Notes: generated by a model from the sequence alone, not told the origin. A stretch of DNA of 64,000 bases from Thermoplasmatales archaeon (GCA_027310185.1 DAIDBH010000018.1:224001-288000); one strand, 5' to 3'. Positions 21,501-30,062 are shown, counted from the first letter of the stretch. Program-made: numbers and translations.

Positions 21501-22152
21501 GGAAATGAATGAAAAAAATTTCAGCTTCACTCTACACTTCATGCAGGATGGAGCTTATAATTTCACACTTGAAGTTATGGACAGATGCGGAAATATCAAC
21601 AGGACAACCTACTATCTGAACGTGACCTATTACCCACTTATCAGGAGCATAGGTGTATCTTACCGCATATTCTTCCAGAGCTTCATTGCTCAATCAATAC
21701 TTAGCGGGGATAACACGTCAGGTATAGGGATAAAATGGTACATAAATGGGAACTATGCATCATCGGGAAAGTATGAGAATATATCCCTGCCAGTGGGCCT
21801 GGACCACATCTCCATCAGGGCAAGTTACGGTAACACAACCCGATCTTACAGTTTTACTGTCATAAGCATTAGCAGCTACTTTTTAGTGCCTGTTCCAATT
21901 GCATTATTCTCCATATATGCATTGAGGAACTTTCCAGTAAATGGTAATTCTGAAGATCTACTCAACACCATATTTTCAGAGGATGACAGCCCGTTGAAAG
22001 AGGTAATCAGGAAATTGAGACGGAAGCATTTCTCCCGGAAGATGATAAAAAAGAGTTTCAATCTGCTCCTGGAAAGAAATTTAATAAAGATTTCCCCAGA
22101 TCCGGATGGAAAACCGAGACTTGAGATATTGACTAATAATAAGAAAAAGTGA
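18532..22152 (+). CDS. Large glycosylated cell-surface protein (beta-rich and Ig-like repeats, C-terminal TM, probable cytoplasmic winged helix)
   Basis: Signal peptide, many N-x-S/T sequons, Ig-like motifs (DGAYNFTLEVMDRCGN, WYING), TM near 21875-21925, basic C-terminal domain. Confidence 0.8.
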   Translation: MKKIALITLIILIAITATIPTSGSGRPEVIPSYGNYALKEMGSYSNSSVKIGLIGNDTEFFHSNFNASYNKYPFYIKASNYYNASGIYFSSDSDNMSLNLSWNENESYSMTESYFMVSFEGQSISGCFGLKYNSYIAVKQGKNVDKLMKLSQNTFYTLSFTFTGQDVILMVHSMNTLYYSDSFQPTSSQTVSKDINLTIQGYYYNLFFEEPAFQDNKLTIYPSIINPHTIELKHQGLFSLKGKSKDFISDEEAGIYFVVNGNSSIVEYNPNSNMTGVIYSSSENNIITAVSDRGDTYWLIRNETDSAYCVEELNNSNLFMNLKKVPETPSGKFGIVIINNVLSFYNQTEVMEAVSDHVEFRYSNRESCGSAIEGISQYRGTTYVYYRNKTTLSILDQANGKVSHFGNFQSITNFSQEDGQLICGISFSTNAVSYYYPELEVISGRTINFMDRDEAGLTYTGEALDMLNISTQSQTFFQYTGNLSFIFSGSFISMSGNSYCLYLIDNSSSSDVKIKVPEDQLFSPLGYFNFTITGTSSFTSKLLIDGISNEGMNRSSYNLNLSSLNSGIYSYLLQILTASLYYIVHTGTVTVDSSFPNLTFSRSIKNGIFSGEVLWSKYSDSAGITQIVVDGVNNTINTVNSTISFLIPLHYAYKYLQFEVFFRDTYNVTRFIKFKLRYYDENGSGVFPDISENQIFNSNKLYITLHGNPVNVSRILFVVRNESFSKTLNYSSDITSFYLNLANGVYSISTYDLFSAGNKVFEGTVNFTVLSENLTVTDNSTVKSFYSFYGNSENDSFNFHYAASIKGMWNVRVYHNSVKAFTEKVGEENLWLNSSEIKYIFRDNGSFIFYLNYSSVNRHNYSSKLDIEVNNSIPYFIAPSYYYTNTSVLNLSKAFRSNGRIDYLMNGNMRIFNGSVYLNHTGNFSFIFHIWSRSMNHISRIIWVKFNTSAPEYKFIGFSSKVTRTSNLKLSVVANGKEHISGAFLFFNGREMNEKNFSFTLHFMQDGAYNFTLEVMDRCGNINRTTYYLNVTYYPLIRSIGVSYRIFFQSFIAQSILSGDNTSGIGIKWYINGNYASSGKYENISLPVGLDHISIRASYGNTTRSYSFTVISISSYFLVPVPIALFSIYALRNFPVNGNSEDLLNTIFSEDDSPLKEVIRKLRRKHFSRKMIKKSFNLLLERNLIKISPDPDGKPRLEILTNNKKK

Positions 22153-22799
22153 TATACGACATTTTATTTATCCATCCTGTAAGGATGAAATCTATCTATC
22201 TGGTAATCGCTGTTATAATAATTGCATTAATGGTAACACCCATAATGAGTAATGCAGGAACTGTAAATACAGGAACTTCAAGCCATGGGTCACAAATGAC
22301 CGTGAACAATTATGTCAATAAGCTGGAGAATGTAACCACGCCTCCATCAACATTTCCGACAGTTAAATATTATTACGGCAATGATAAATCATGCGCCATA
22401 ACGACAAGCGACTGGACGAGCATTTTCACGAACGTTTTCGATGATAGATCCATAATAGCATATAATTTTTCTTCCAATTCAACACAGTATCTCATAGTTT
22501 TCGATATTACGTACCAGGGATTGAATCCATATGGTGTTGAATATGTAAACGCCCTTTCCCATACAGGAAACCTCTCGAAGAAACATGAGCTTGAAGCATT
22601 CTGGAAAACGGCAAATGAAACATCCCTTGTGAGTGGTTATACAAACTGGAAAGCTTTGAGTGCAGGAGCCTTCCCAGGATTCAGCTGGTCAAGACCAAAG
22701 ATACTACCAAACTATCTTACCGAGGAATATGTAGGCGCAATGGTTGCCGTTGTTGTATCAGTGTTTGTGCTTTATTTTGTCTTCAACAGAAGAAAATAA
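22149..22799 (+). CDS. Secreted protein with C-terminal TM anchor
   Basis: Signal peptide MKSIYLVIAV (likely start 22185), C-terminal TM plus RRK. Confidence 0.75.
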   Translation: MIYDILFIHPVRMKSIYLVIAVIIIALMVTPIMSNAGTVNTGTSSHGSQMTVNNYVNKLENVTTPPSTFPTVKYYYGNDKSCAITTSDWTSIFTNVFDDRSIIAYNFSSNSTQYLIVFDITYQGLNPYGVEYVNALSHTGNLSKKHELEAFWKTANETSLVSGYTNWKALSAGAFPGFSWSRPKILPNYLTEEYVGAMVAVVVSVFVLYFVFNRRK

Positions 22800-22853
22800 A
22801 ATTTTTTATCATAAAAGAATTTAATCCATACAATTATTACTAAAGGATAATAA

Positions 22854-23411
22854 ATGAAAGTTATTTTAGGCATCACTGGAGCATCTGGAAGTATTCTGGC
22901 CCAGAGGTTTCTTGAAACTGCGAACGCGGAAATCCACCTGGTCATTTCATCAAACTCTGACCAGGTCATAGAATATGAAACAGGGCACGACTCATCGTCA
23001 TTCAGGAAGATGGCAGCGTATTCGTATGACGATAAGGATGTGGCGGCAAGAATAAGCTCAGGGAGTTTCATATTCAATGCAATGGTAGTAATGCCATGCT
23101 CAATGAATACTCTGGCAAAGATAGCTGCCGGAATCTCTGATTCTCTCATAACAAGGGCTGCTGCAGTAGCACTGAAGGAAAGGAGAAGGCTTATACTGGT
23201 TCCAAGGGAAATGCCATTGAGTGAGATAGCGCTTGAGAACATGACAAGAATCACTAGGGCGGGTGGTATTATCGCAGCTGCCATGCCTGCATTTTATACC
23301 AAGCCAAAGAGCGTAGACGACATGGTTGATTTCATGGTCGGGAGGGTCATGGACCTTTGTGGCATGGACAACAGTCTTGTAAAAAGATGGAAGGAGGAAG
23401 AGAGAGATTAA
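22854..23411 (+). CDS. ubiX: Flavin prenyltransferase UbiX
   Basis: GITGASG, ISSGS, PCSMNTLAKIA.GISD.LI.RAA, LVPREMPL, PAFY.KP. Confidence 0.96.
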   Translation: MKVILGITGASGSILAQRFLETANAEIHLVISSNSDQVIEYETGHDSSSFRKMAAYSYDDKDVAARISSGSFIFNAMVVMPCSMNTLAKIAAGISDSLITRAAAVALKERRRLILVPREMPLSEIALENMTRITRAGGIIAAAMPAFYTKPKSVDDMVDFMVGRVMDLCGMDNSLVKRWKEEERD

Positions 23412-23862
23412 GTATCTTGCTGATAACATGCTGGGAAGACTTGCAAGGTACATGCGAATAATGGGGTACGATACATCATATCCTAACCTCGAAATATCGG
23501 ACACTGAACTTATTGAGATCAGCAAGGCTGATGACAGGATTTTATTATCGAGAGACAGGCAGTTGTGCAGCAGATATATAAAATCCATATACATAGATTC
23601 AGACAGGATAGATGAACAGATAATACAGATCACAAACATTGAACGACCGAGAAGAGAACTTCTATTTTCAAGGTGTACTAACTGCAATGGGGTGCTTGTG
23701 AAGGGTGACAGTAACTGCAGGGAAGAATATGATCCAAGGAAAAAAGATTCTGTATATCACTGCCCGGACTGCGGCAGATGTTACTGGGATGGAACTCACT
23801 CCCAGAACATACTGGCCAAATTGGAGTCATTGAAGGTGTATTATGAAGCTCAGACAGAATGA
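23407..23862 (+). CDS. Mut7-C (PIN-like) RNase domain protein with Zn ribbon
   Basis: (IKYLAD)NMLGRLARYMRIMGYD, ILLSRD, SRCTNCN, CPDCGRCYWDGTH; conserved N-terminus begins upstream of ATG 23428. Confidence 0.9.
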   Translation: MKYLADNMLGRLARYMRIMGYDTSYPNLEISDTELIEISKADDRILLSRDRQLCSRYIKSIYIDSDRIDEQIIQITNIERPRRELLFSRCTNCNGVLVKGDSNCREEYDPRKKDSVYHCPDCGRCYWDGTHSQNILAKLESLKVYYEAQTE

Positions 23863-24865
23863 GGAGGGATGGAGAGAAATACTGATAGAGAACATGGACG
23901 ATCTATGGTACTTGAAGAATATCATCAATTCAGGCACAATAATAAAAAAAACTGTTCTGCGCAGGGAAGATAAGAGCGAAGACATGGAGAGAAGCAAGGA
24001 GACATCAAGGAAGCCTGTACTGCTGGAAATCAGGCCAGAAGAGGTATATTTCCAGCCATTCACGGACAGGCTGAGAATCCAGGGAATAATCATAAAGGGC
24101 CCGGAGGGTACACTGGGACAGCATCAGTCTCTGTACATATCTGAGGGGGAGAATGTTGAGATTCTTAAGGACCGGTGGGACAGGTCCACTGAGAACCTGA
24201 TAAGGGATGCTATGCTGAAAGCATCTAACAATGCTCTTTTCATTGTTATGGATGATGAAACTGCAACATTCTGCACATTGAGGGAGTATGGACTCCAGAC
24301 ACAGGCCAGGATATTCTCAGGAAAATCCGGGAAGGAATATGCGGGAAATTATTCAAGGAAAACATACTTTGAAGAGATCATGAAGACACTCAATTCCATC
24401 AAATTTACAGGTCCAATCATAATAACGGGCCCCGGATTCGAGGGAGAAATGTTTGAAAAGTTTCTGAAAGAGAACAGCACGGGACTGAGAGTCAACTTCA
24501 TACCATCCACAAGAGAGGATGAAAACGCAGTATTCGAAATAATCAACACAGAGGCAGTAAGAAAAATAATAGGCGATTCAAGGTCTTCCAGGGAGAGAAG
24601 GTACATGGAGCAATTCATGGAAGGACTGGCAAGGAATTCAATGGTCGCCTATGGGAAGGAAGAAATTTCAAGGCTTTCCCTATCAGGGGCTATTGACAAG
24701 CTGCTGGTTCTTGAAGATAGCTTCAGAAATGAGGACTTCCAGGAGATAATAGAAAACGTCAGTTCATCGGGAGGAGAGGTGATCATAATGAGTTCAGACG
24801 GAGAATATGGCAAAACACTGAAGAACTTTGGAAATATCGTGGCCCTTCTAAGGTACAACCCGTAA
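23843..24865 (+). CDS. pelA: mRNA surveillance / ribosome rescue protein pelota
   Basis: ENMDDLWYL, F.PFTDRLRIQG.I..GP..GQH, GPGF, VAYG, GNIVALLRY. Confidence 0.95.
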   Translation: MKLRQNEEGWREILIENMDDLWYLKNIINSGTIIKKTVLRREDKSEDMERSKETSRKPVLLEIRPEEVYFQPFTDRLRIQGIIIKGPEGTLGQHQSLYISEGENVEILKDRWDRSTENLIRDAMLKASNNALFIVMDDETATFCTLREYGLQTQARIFSGKSGKEYAGNYSRKTYFEEIMKTLNSIKFTGPIIITGPGFEGEMFEKFLKENSTGLRVNFIPSTREDENAVFEIINTEAVRKIIGDSRSSRERRYMEQFMEGLARNSMVAYGKEEISRLSLSGAIDKLLVLEDSFRNEDFQEIIENVSSSGGEVIIMSSDGEYGKTLKNFGNIVALLRYNP

Positions 24866-24878
24866 TAGATCGCAGCAT
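24862..24878 (+). repeat. Direct repeat copy 1 (GTAATAGATCGCAGCAT) at the pelota stop
   Basis: Exact 17-bp match to 26020-26036 with weaker similarity on both flanks. Confidence 0.85.
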
Positions 24879-24983
24879 TATTAGCAGGAAACTCTCAGTT
24901 CGAGTTTCAAATATGCACCTTCACTGCGTTTTGACGTTTTCCATCATAAGCTTATTCAGCGAGTCTTTTAACACCAAAAGATA

Positions 24984-24998
24984 TGTATATCTAATACA
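24984..24998. promoter_or_regulatory. Palindromic candidate operator of the TA operon
   Basis: TGTAT-atcta-ATACA just upstream of the antitoxin start. Confidence 0.4.
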
Positions 24999-25009
24999 CA
25001 TAATCATAT

Positions 25010-25234
25010 GTGCCAGCTCAAAGACTAAACGTAACTCTTCCTGAAGATGTGTCGGAAATTCTAAGTACAAAGAAGAATAAATCTAAATTTCTATCAGAGG
25101 CTGTGAGAGAAAAAGCAATGAATGACAAAAAAAAAGAAATTATGGAGAAAGCTGAGAAGCTAAAGCATTACTATGAGTCTGATAGTGATCTTAAAGCTCT
25201 GAATTCTCTTGATTCTCAGGATTTTGTCGATTGA
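25010..25234 (+). CDS. Ribbon-helix-helix antitoxin
   Basis: QRLNVTLPEDV...NKSKFLSEAVRE RHH pattern; acidic tail; abuts the toxin gene. Confidence 0.85.
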   Translation: MPAQRLNVTLPEDVSEILSTKKNKSKFLSEAVREKAMNDKKKEIMEKAEKLKHYYESDSDLKALNSLDSQDFVD

Positions 25235-25585
25235 GTGATACAGTTGTATCAAGGAGATATCTGGCTGGTAAATCTCTCACCAACTGTTGGAGCTGAAATA
25301 ACAAAAACAAGGCCATGTGTCATAGTTAGCAGTAATGAAATAGGTATTCTTCCACTGAAGGTTGTTGCACCCATAACTGATTTCAAATCTCGTTATTCTT
25401 CCGTTCCATGGATGGTTGAACTGTCTCCAGATGGAATAAATAACCTATCAAAGAGATCGGTGGTAGATTTATTTCAGATCAGATCGGTATCCCAGGAAAG
25501 ATTGATCAGGAAAACTGGAAACCTGTCGGGAGATGAGCTTAAAAAAATACAGGAAGCCATCAAGATAGTTGTTGGAATTTATTAA
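25235..25585 (+). CDS. mazF: PemK/MazF family endoribonuclease toxin
   Basis: QGDIWLVNLSPTVGAEITKTRPCVIVS, VAPIT, QIRSVS.ERL. Confidence 0.95.
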   Translation: MIQLYQGDIWLVNLSPTVGAEITKTRPCVIVSSNEIGILPLKVVAPITDFKSRYSSVPWMVELSPDGINNLSKRSVVDLFQIRSVSQERLIRKTGNLSGDELKKIQEAIKIVVGIY

Positions 25586-26019
25586 TTTCACAAATATTTA
25601 AATAATGCGATCTGGAATACGACTGTCGCAGGATATGGAATGAAGGCGGGCTTTATTATTTCCCTTAACTTATTATACACTCCTTGCAGAAATAAGCGAA
25701 ACTAGCCTGATTTTATATTGCTATTTGTGTCTACGTATCCGTCAGATCTGATGGATTAGCTTCATGACGGCATGCCTTTGAATCTGAGGTAAATCAAGAT
25801 CAATCAGATTTTTTCTGTATATCTTTTGAAATGCAGTGCTCCCTGTAAAGCCTGGAAGAAGAGACAGGGTAAATAAATAGAATCTTACTCACTAAATATA
25901 CTTTCAATTTTTCACTGAACCCGTTTTTGAGGAGTTGGATGGAAATAATCTCATAATAACTGGCATTTATTATATATAGAATTTTATGGCACTACTTTAG
26001 AAACTTTTAGGTAAACACT

Positions 26020-26036
26020 GTAATAGATCGCAGCAT
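26020..26036 (+). repeat. Direct repeat copy 2 (GTAATAGATCGCAGCAT)
   Basis: Matches 24862-24878. Confidence 0.85.
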
Positions 26037-26090
26037 AACCGTCTGGAAATCCTCAATTTTAATATACCTTCTGGATATCCTGAAACCACT

Positions 26091-26175
26091 GCGGAGGTTG
26101 TCGAGCTAGGTTAAAGGCGATGGATTTAGGGTCCATTCCCGTAGGGGTTCGCCGGTTCGAATCCGGCCCTCCGCA
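26091..26175 (+). tRNA. tRNA-Leu (anticodon TAG), no intron, CCA not encoded
   Basis: Acceptor GCGGAGG/CCTCCGC+A, anticodon stem ATGGA/TCCAT with loop TTTAGGG, long variable arm, GGTTCGAATCC T-arm. Confidence 0.97.
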
Positions 26176-26199
26176 TATTTATATTAAATAGTTTAAATC

Positions 26200-26609
26200 T
26201 TATTCCCAAATCACTTCTAGACCGTGTACTTTTCGAAATACAGGATCATTGGAAATAAGTGATAAACTTCGACTCAGTGCCTCTGCCGCTATTAACCTGG
26301 CATGTAGCTCGGGAATATATAGGGACAAAAAATATCCCATCCATCTTCTGGAAAATTGGATTGAGATATAAAAGAAGTTCCTCTTAGTTCATCCAGGAAT
26401 TTCTTGATATCTCTCTTCGAATCAGTCAATCTTAGTCTCCCTTTCATTGCAATATAAATGAATTCTCCCATCACTATCTGCGGTACCAGAATCGAGGCCT
26501 CTCCCCTTTGGGCTAGAGAAAATATATCTGATGCAGGACTTGGCAAATTAACCTCTAGGTATCTAGCTAACACAACCGTATCTATCAGGAAATTTTTCGC
26601 AACTTCCAC
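26200..26609 (-). pseudogene. vapC: VapC PIN toxin, frameshifted
   Basis: FLIDTVVL...VMGEF; one extra T in the T6 run at 26327-26332 restores LSLYIPELHARLIAAEAL..LISNDPVF..VIWE*. Confidence 0.85.
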
Positions 26610-26823
26610 TCTTTTCTTAAGCCTCTAAGGTCTTTCTCGAATCCTTTGGTATCCACCCTGCCTTTTAACATCCCTCTCAAAGCCCCCACATCATGTCTGA
26701 TAATAATGCCGTCTCCAGAATCCGCCAAAATAACACTTTCTCCACTGCTCAGGTGGTATCTATCTCTCAAATCTTTAGGAAGTGTGATCTGACCCTTTGA
26801 ACTACAGTAACCTTTTTAACCAT
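26585..26823 (-). pseudogene. AbrB/MazE-fold VapB antitoxin, frameshifted
   Basis: ATG 26823 MVKKVTV, then one missing base near 26802 gives SKGQITLPKDLRDRYHLSSGE. Confidence 0.85.
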
Positions 26824-27360
26824 ATGAAATGCAAGCACTATTGCCCATACTATCTTTACTTGAAGTAAAGAATTATGGATGAAAATTTTACAATCAAAAG
26901 TTAATAAATTATTCAATTAAAACAATATTAGAATCCGCCCATTCCCGCTTTTGAATTGTATAATATTTAAACTCATTTTGTAAAGAGAATGTGGTGAATA
27001 TTAAATAAAAACTCAAAGGTTCCACAACCAGTGTATATTGCAGGAATTCAGTTTCATCGTCAAATGAACAGACGAATCAATGCTAGAATAAACGTCAGAA
27101 TACGAGGGTATAAAAAAGATAAGAATGAATATCTATATGGTAACTTCAGTTAGAAACGAGTCAATAAATGAGGGTCATATCCTGATTGCTAAAGCAATCA
27201 ATAGTCCATGCCATCCCATGCTGATATCATTAATGTAAAGAAACTTGAACCAAATCTTTTTGTGAACTATGGAATATTAGTCCAAAGTAACTTTATAGTT
27301 AGCTACCTGAAAACAGAAGGAATCAAATGGTTTATATTTGCAGTTGTCAATCAAGAAACT

Positions 27361-27981
27361 ATGCTAATACCTGTGGCAAGAAATATATTCAGATGGAGAT
27401 CTAACGATCCTGAACTTGGAATAGATCAATACGGTACGATGTTATTGAAAGGCGATTTAATAGTGATTGTAGATCCACCAATGGTTCCAGGGTTGGTAGA
27501 AGCTATAAGGATCCTGGGCAAACCTGAAGCCGTCATAATGACTAACTTCGCCCATTCAAGAGGTAGTAATGCCATGGCCAGGCATCTTGGCATACCCCTC
27601 TATATTCCGGAAATTAAAGACAAGGATGGAAGGGAAAATGAAGAGGAGATAAGATTTCTCCATCTGGACAGGGCAATAAGATACAACGAAGGTACCAAAT
27701 TACCATTGGGAATTAAGGCTCATCATCTTAGACCTAAGACAGATAGCGGTGATGTGGTGTTTGATGAGATGGAACTTCAGTTCGAGAATTTCCTCGTTCT
27801 TGGAGATTCAGCCTGGGGGATCAACGGGAAGATAAACTACTTCCCTGCTGGCATTATGCCAGATGAAGGAAGGAAAAAGGAAACTGCAAACCGGATAGCT
27901 CTTGAAAAGCTTCTAAAAGAGACCGGTTCAAGAGGCTTAATTTCTGGTCACGGTGAGGTCGTCACTGGATTATCACGATAA
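27361..27981 (+). CDS. Metallo-beta-lactamase-fold protein (degenerate metal motif)
   Basis: VIVDPP, IMTNFAHSRGS in place of HxHxDH, LVLGDSA, ISGHG; the ORF-track extension to 27208 looks non-coding. Confidence 0.7.
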   Translation: MLIPVARNIFRWRSNDPELGIDQYGTMLLKGDLIVIVDPPMVPGLVEAIRILGKPEAVIMTNFAHSRGSNAMARHLGIPLYIPEIKDKDGRENEEEIRFLHLDRAIRYNEGTKLPLGIKAHHLRPKTDSGDVVFDEMELQFENFLVLGDSAWGINGKINYFPAGIMPDEGRKKETANRIALEKLLKETGSRGLISGHGEVVTGLSR

Positions 27982-28093
27982 ACAATTGTGATGAATGCAT
28001 AGAAATAAACTGACATCCTGAATACGGGTCAGGTTCTTTGAACAGGGTGATAAAATTATTTCTACTCCCGTTATTTATACATGGGATATTTAG

Positions 28094-28447
28094 ATGATAG
28101 AAAAAATTGAACCGGTAATACTTTTTGTAAAAAATTTCAAGGAAAGCAGAATTTTCTACAGGGATCAGCTTGGGCTGAAGGAAGAATCTTCCTCAAACAG
28201 CGAAAATGCGAACTTTGTTAGCTTTAGACTGTCAAATATCACTTTTTCCATACATGGAGGATATGAAGGGATGAATGGCGGTCCTTTGAGTATTCATTTC
28301 ATCACTGAGAACATTGAGGAAGAAGTAAGAAGATTAAAAGCCTTAGGAGTCAGGTTTGCAAGGGAAATAGAGGAAGTCCCATGGGGAGGGAGGGAAGCTA
28401 CTCTCATTGATCCAGATGGGAATGAAATAGATTTATACCAGCCATAA
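28094..28447 (+). CDS. VOC/glyoxalase family protein
   Basis: FY...LGL, IHF....IEE....L..LGV, PWGGREATLIDPDGNEI. Confidence 0.9.
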   Translation: MIEKIEPVILFVKNFKESRIFYRDQLGLKEESSSNSENANFVSFRLSNITFSIHGGYEGMNGGPLSIHFITENIEEEVRRLKALGVRFAREIEEVPWGGREATLIDPDGNEIDLYQP

Positions 28448-28493
28448 CAACCATCTGAACGCATGACAAATACTATTTAAGCGGCATTTCTGA

Positions 28494-29327
28494 ATGTCAG
28501 AATTATTTTCCATTATACAATCCAAAATATTGATTTTCCATATGACATTACCAACCATGACAGAAAAAGAAGAAAAAAAAGCAATACTGGTTACAGGAGG
28601 CTCCAAAGGGATAGGAAAAGCAATCGCAATCAAGTTCGCAGAATCAGGATATAATGTTGCAATCACCTATAATAGATCAGAAAAGGAAGCCACTGAATTA
28701 TCAAAGAAATACGGGAATATTTACCCATTCCATGTGGATGTAACAAACAGGGAACAGATAAGAAATATGGTAAAAGAAATTCATGGAAAGATAGGCACCC
28801 TGAAAGTAATTGTAAACGATGCAGGCATGTGGCATCTATTCCCATTTGAAAAATTCGAGGAGGAAAAATATCAACAAATCATGGACACAAACCTGAAGGG
28901 TCCAATATACATTGTTCTCGAAACACTTGATGACCTGAAGAAGAACAGGGGCGTCGTAATAAATATAGCTTCAAATGCCGGAGTTGGAACTGCAGCAATG
29001 AACACTACATTCTATTCAGTATCAAAGGCTGCACTTATTATGTTGACAAAAAGGATGGCCCTTGAATTTGAGTCCTACGGAATACGTTCAAACGCTGTTG
29101 CTCCTGGATGGATCAAGACAGATCTCACCGTTGGGGGCAAGACGGGTGAGGAGATAAGGGAGCTCGAGGAAAGCTTCATCTCCAGATCTACAGTAAAGAG
29201 AACTGGTAAACCAGAGGATGTGGCAGAACTTGTTGCATATCTCGCATCGGACGCATCAGAATTCATGAACGGGCAGGTTCTCGTGATAGATGGAGGGAGA
29301 AAGGATAACCTGACCCATTCTATTTAA
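28494..29327 (+). CDS. Short-chain dehydrogenase/reductase
   Basis: VTGGSKGIG, YSVSK, NAVAPGWIKT, GQVLVIDGG; real start probably 28542 or 28557. Confidence 0.93.
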   Translation: MSELFSIIQSKILIFHMTLPTMTEKEEKKAILVTGGSKGIGKAIAIKFAESGYNVAITYNRSEKEATELSKKYGNIYPFHVDVTNREQIRNMVKEIHGKIGTLKVIVNDAGMWHLFPFEKFEEEKYQQIMDTNLKGPIYIVLETLDDLKKNRGVVINIASNAGVGTAAMNTTFYSVSKAALIMLTKRMALEFESYGIRSNAVAPGWIKTDLTVGGKTGEEIRELEESFISRSTVKRTGKPEDVAELVAYLASDASEFMNGQVLVIDGGRKDNLTHSI

Positions 29328-29346
29328 GCGGCACTCCCCTTCCATG

Positions 29347-30015
29347 TCATCTTTTCTTTTCACTGAGTTTCTTCTGCTGTTCCTTATAGAAAGCACAGTA
29401 TTCTGATACATTACACTCATCACATTTTGGTCCAACAGGCCTGCAGATTTTCTTGCCGAACTCAACCATCATGGGATTTAGACCAAGCCACAGTTTTTCC
29501 GGAATTATGGATCTCAATCTCATCTCAGTGACATCCGGATCGCTGGAATCAGACCATCCAATCCTCATGCTTATCCTCTGCACGTGTGTATCCACAGCAA
29601 TCGCAGGTATGCCAAAGCCATCTGCCAGAACAACATTTGCAGTTTTTCTACCCACTCCCTTAATCTCAGTCAGCTCCTCAATTGATCTTGGCACCTGGCA
29701 GTCATATTTATTTTTTAGGAATTTTGCCGCCTCTATTACTCTCGCAGCCTTAACAGTTTTAAAGCCAACCCTGTTGATTATGGATAATACATCATCATAA
29801 CTGGCTTCAGATAATCCATTGCAATCATGATATCTATCAAACAGGCTTCTTGCAGCCCTATCAGTTACCTCATCCTTCGTCCGGTGTGACATTATTGTAG
29901 TTATAAGGACCCAGAAGGGATCAGAGAACTCAAAGTGGTGCGGTGGACTCTGTTTTTCCATCAGTTCAATAATTCTTGGAATGTTGTTTTTGTCATCGCT
30001 CCTTTTGGAAACCAT
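29347..30015 (-). CDS. nth: Endonuclease III
   Basis: HhH LTEIKGVGRKTANVVL, VDTHV.RI, C..P.C..C.....C [4Fe-4S] motif. Confidence 0.95.
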   Translation of the reverse strand: MVSKRSDDKNNIPRIIELMEKQSPPHHFEFSDPFWVLITTIMSHRTKDEVTDRAARSLFDRYHDCNGLSEASYDDVLSIINRVGFKTVKAARVIEAAKFLKNKYDCQVPRSIEELTEIKGVGRKTANVVLADGFGIPAIAVDTHVQRISMRIGWSDSSDPDVTEMRLRSIIPEKLWLGLNPMMVEFGKKICRPVGPKCDECNVSEYCAFYKEQQKKLSEKKR

Positions 30016-30062
30016 GAAAATGTGAATATAAACTATTTATTAAGGTAAGTGCATTCAGACCC

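Noticed and set aside
27208-27360. N-terminal extension of the MBL-fold ORF
   Set aside because: Contains a TATA-like TTTATA about 25 nt before ATG 27361, so it is more likely promoter.
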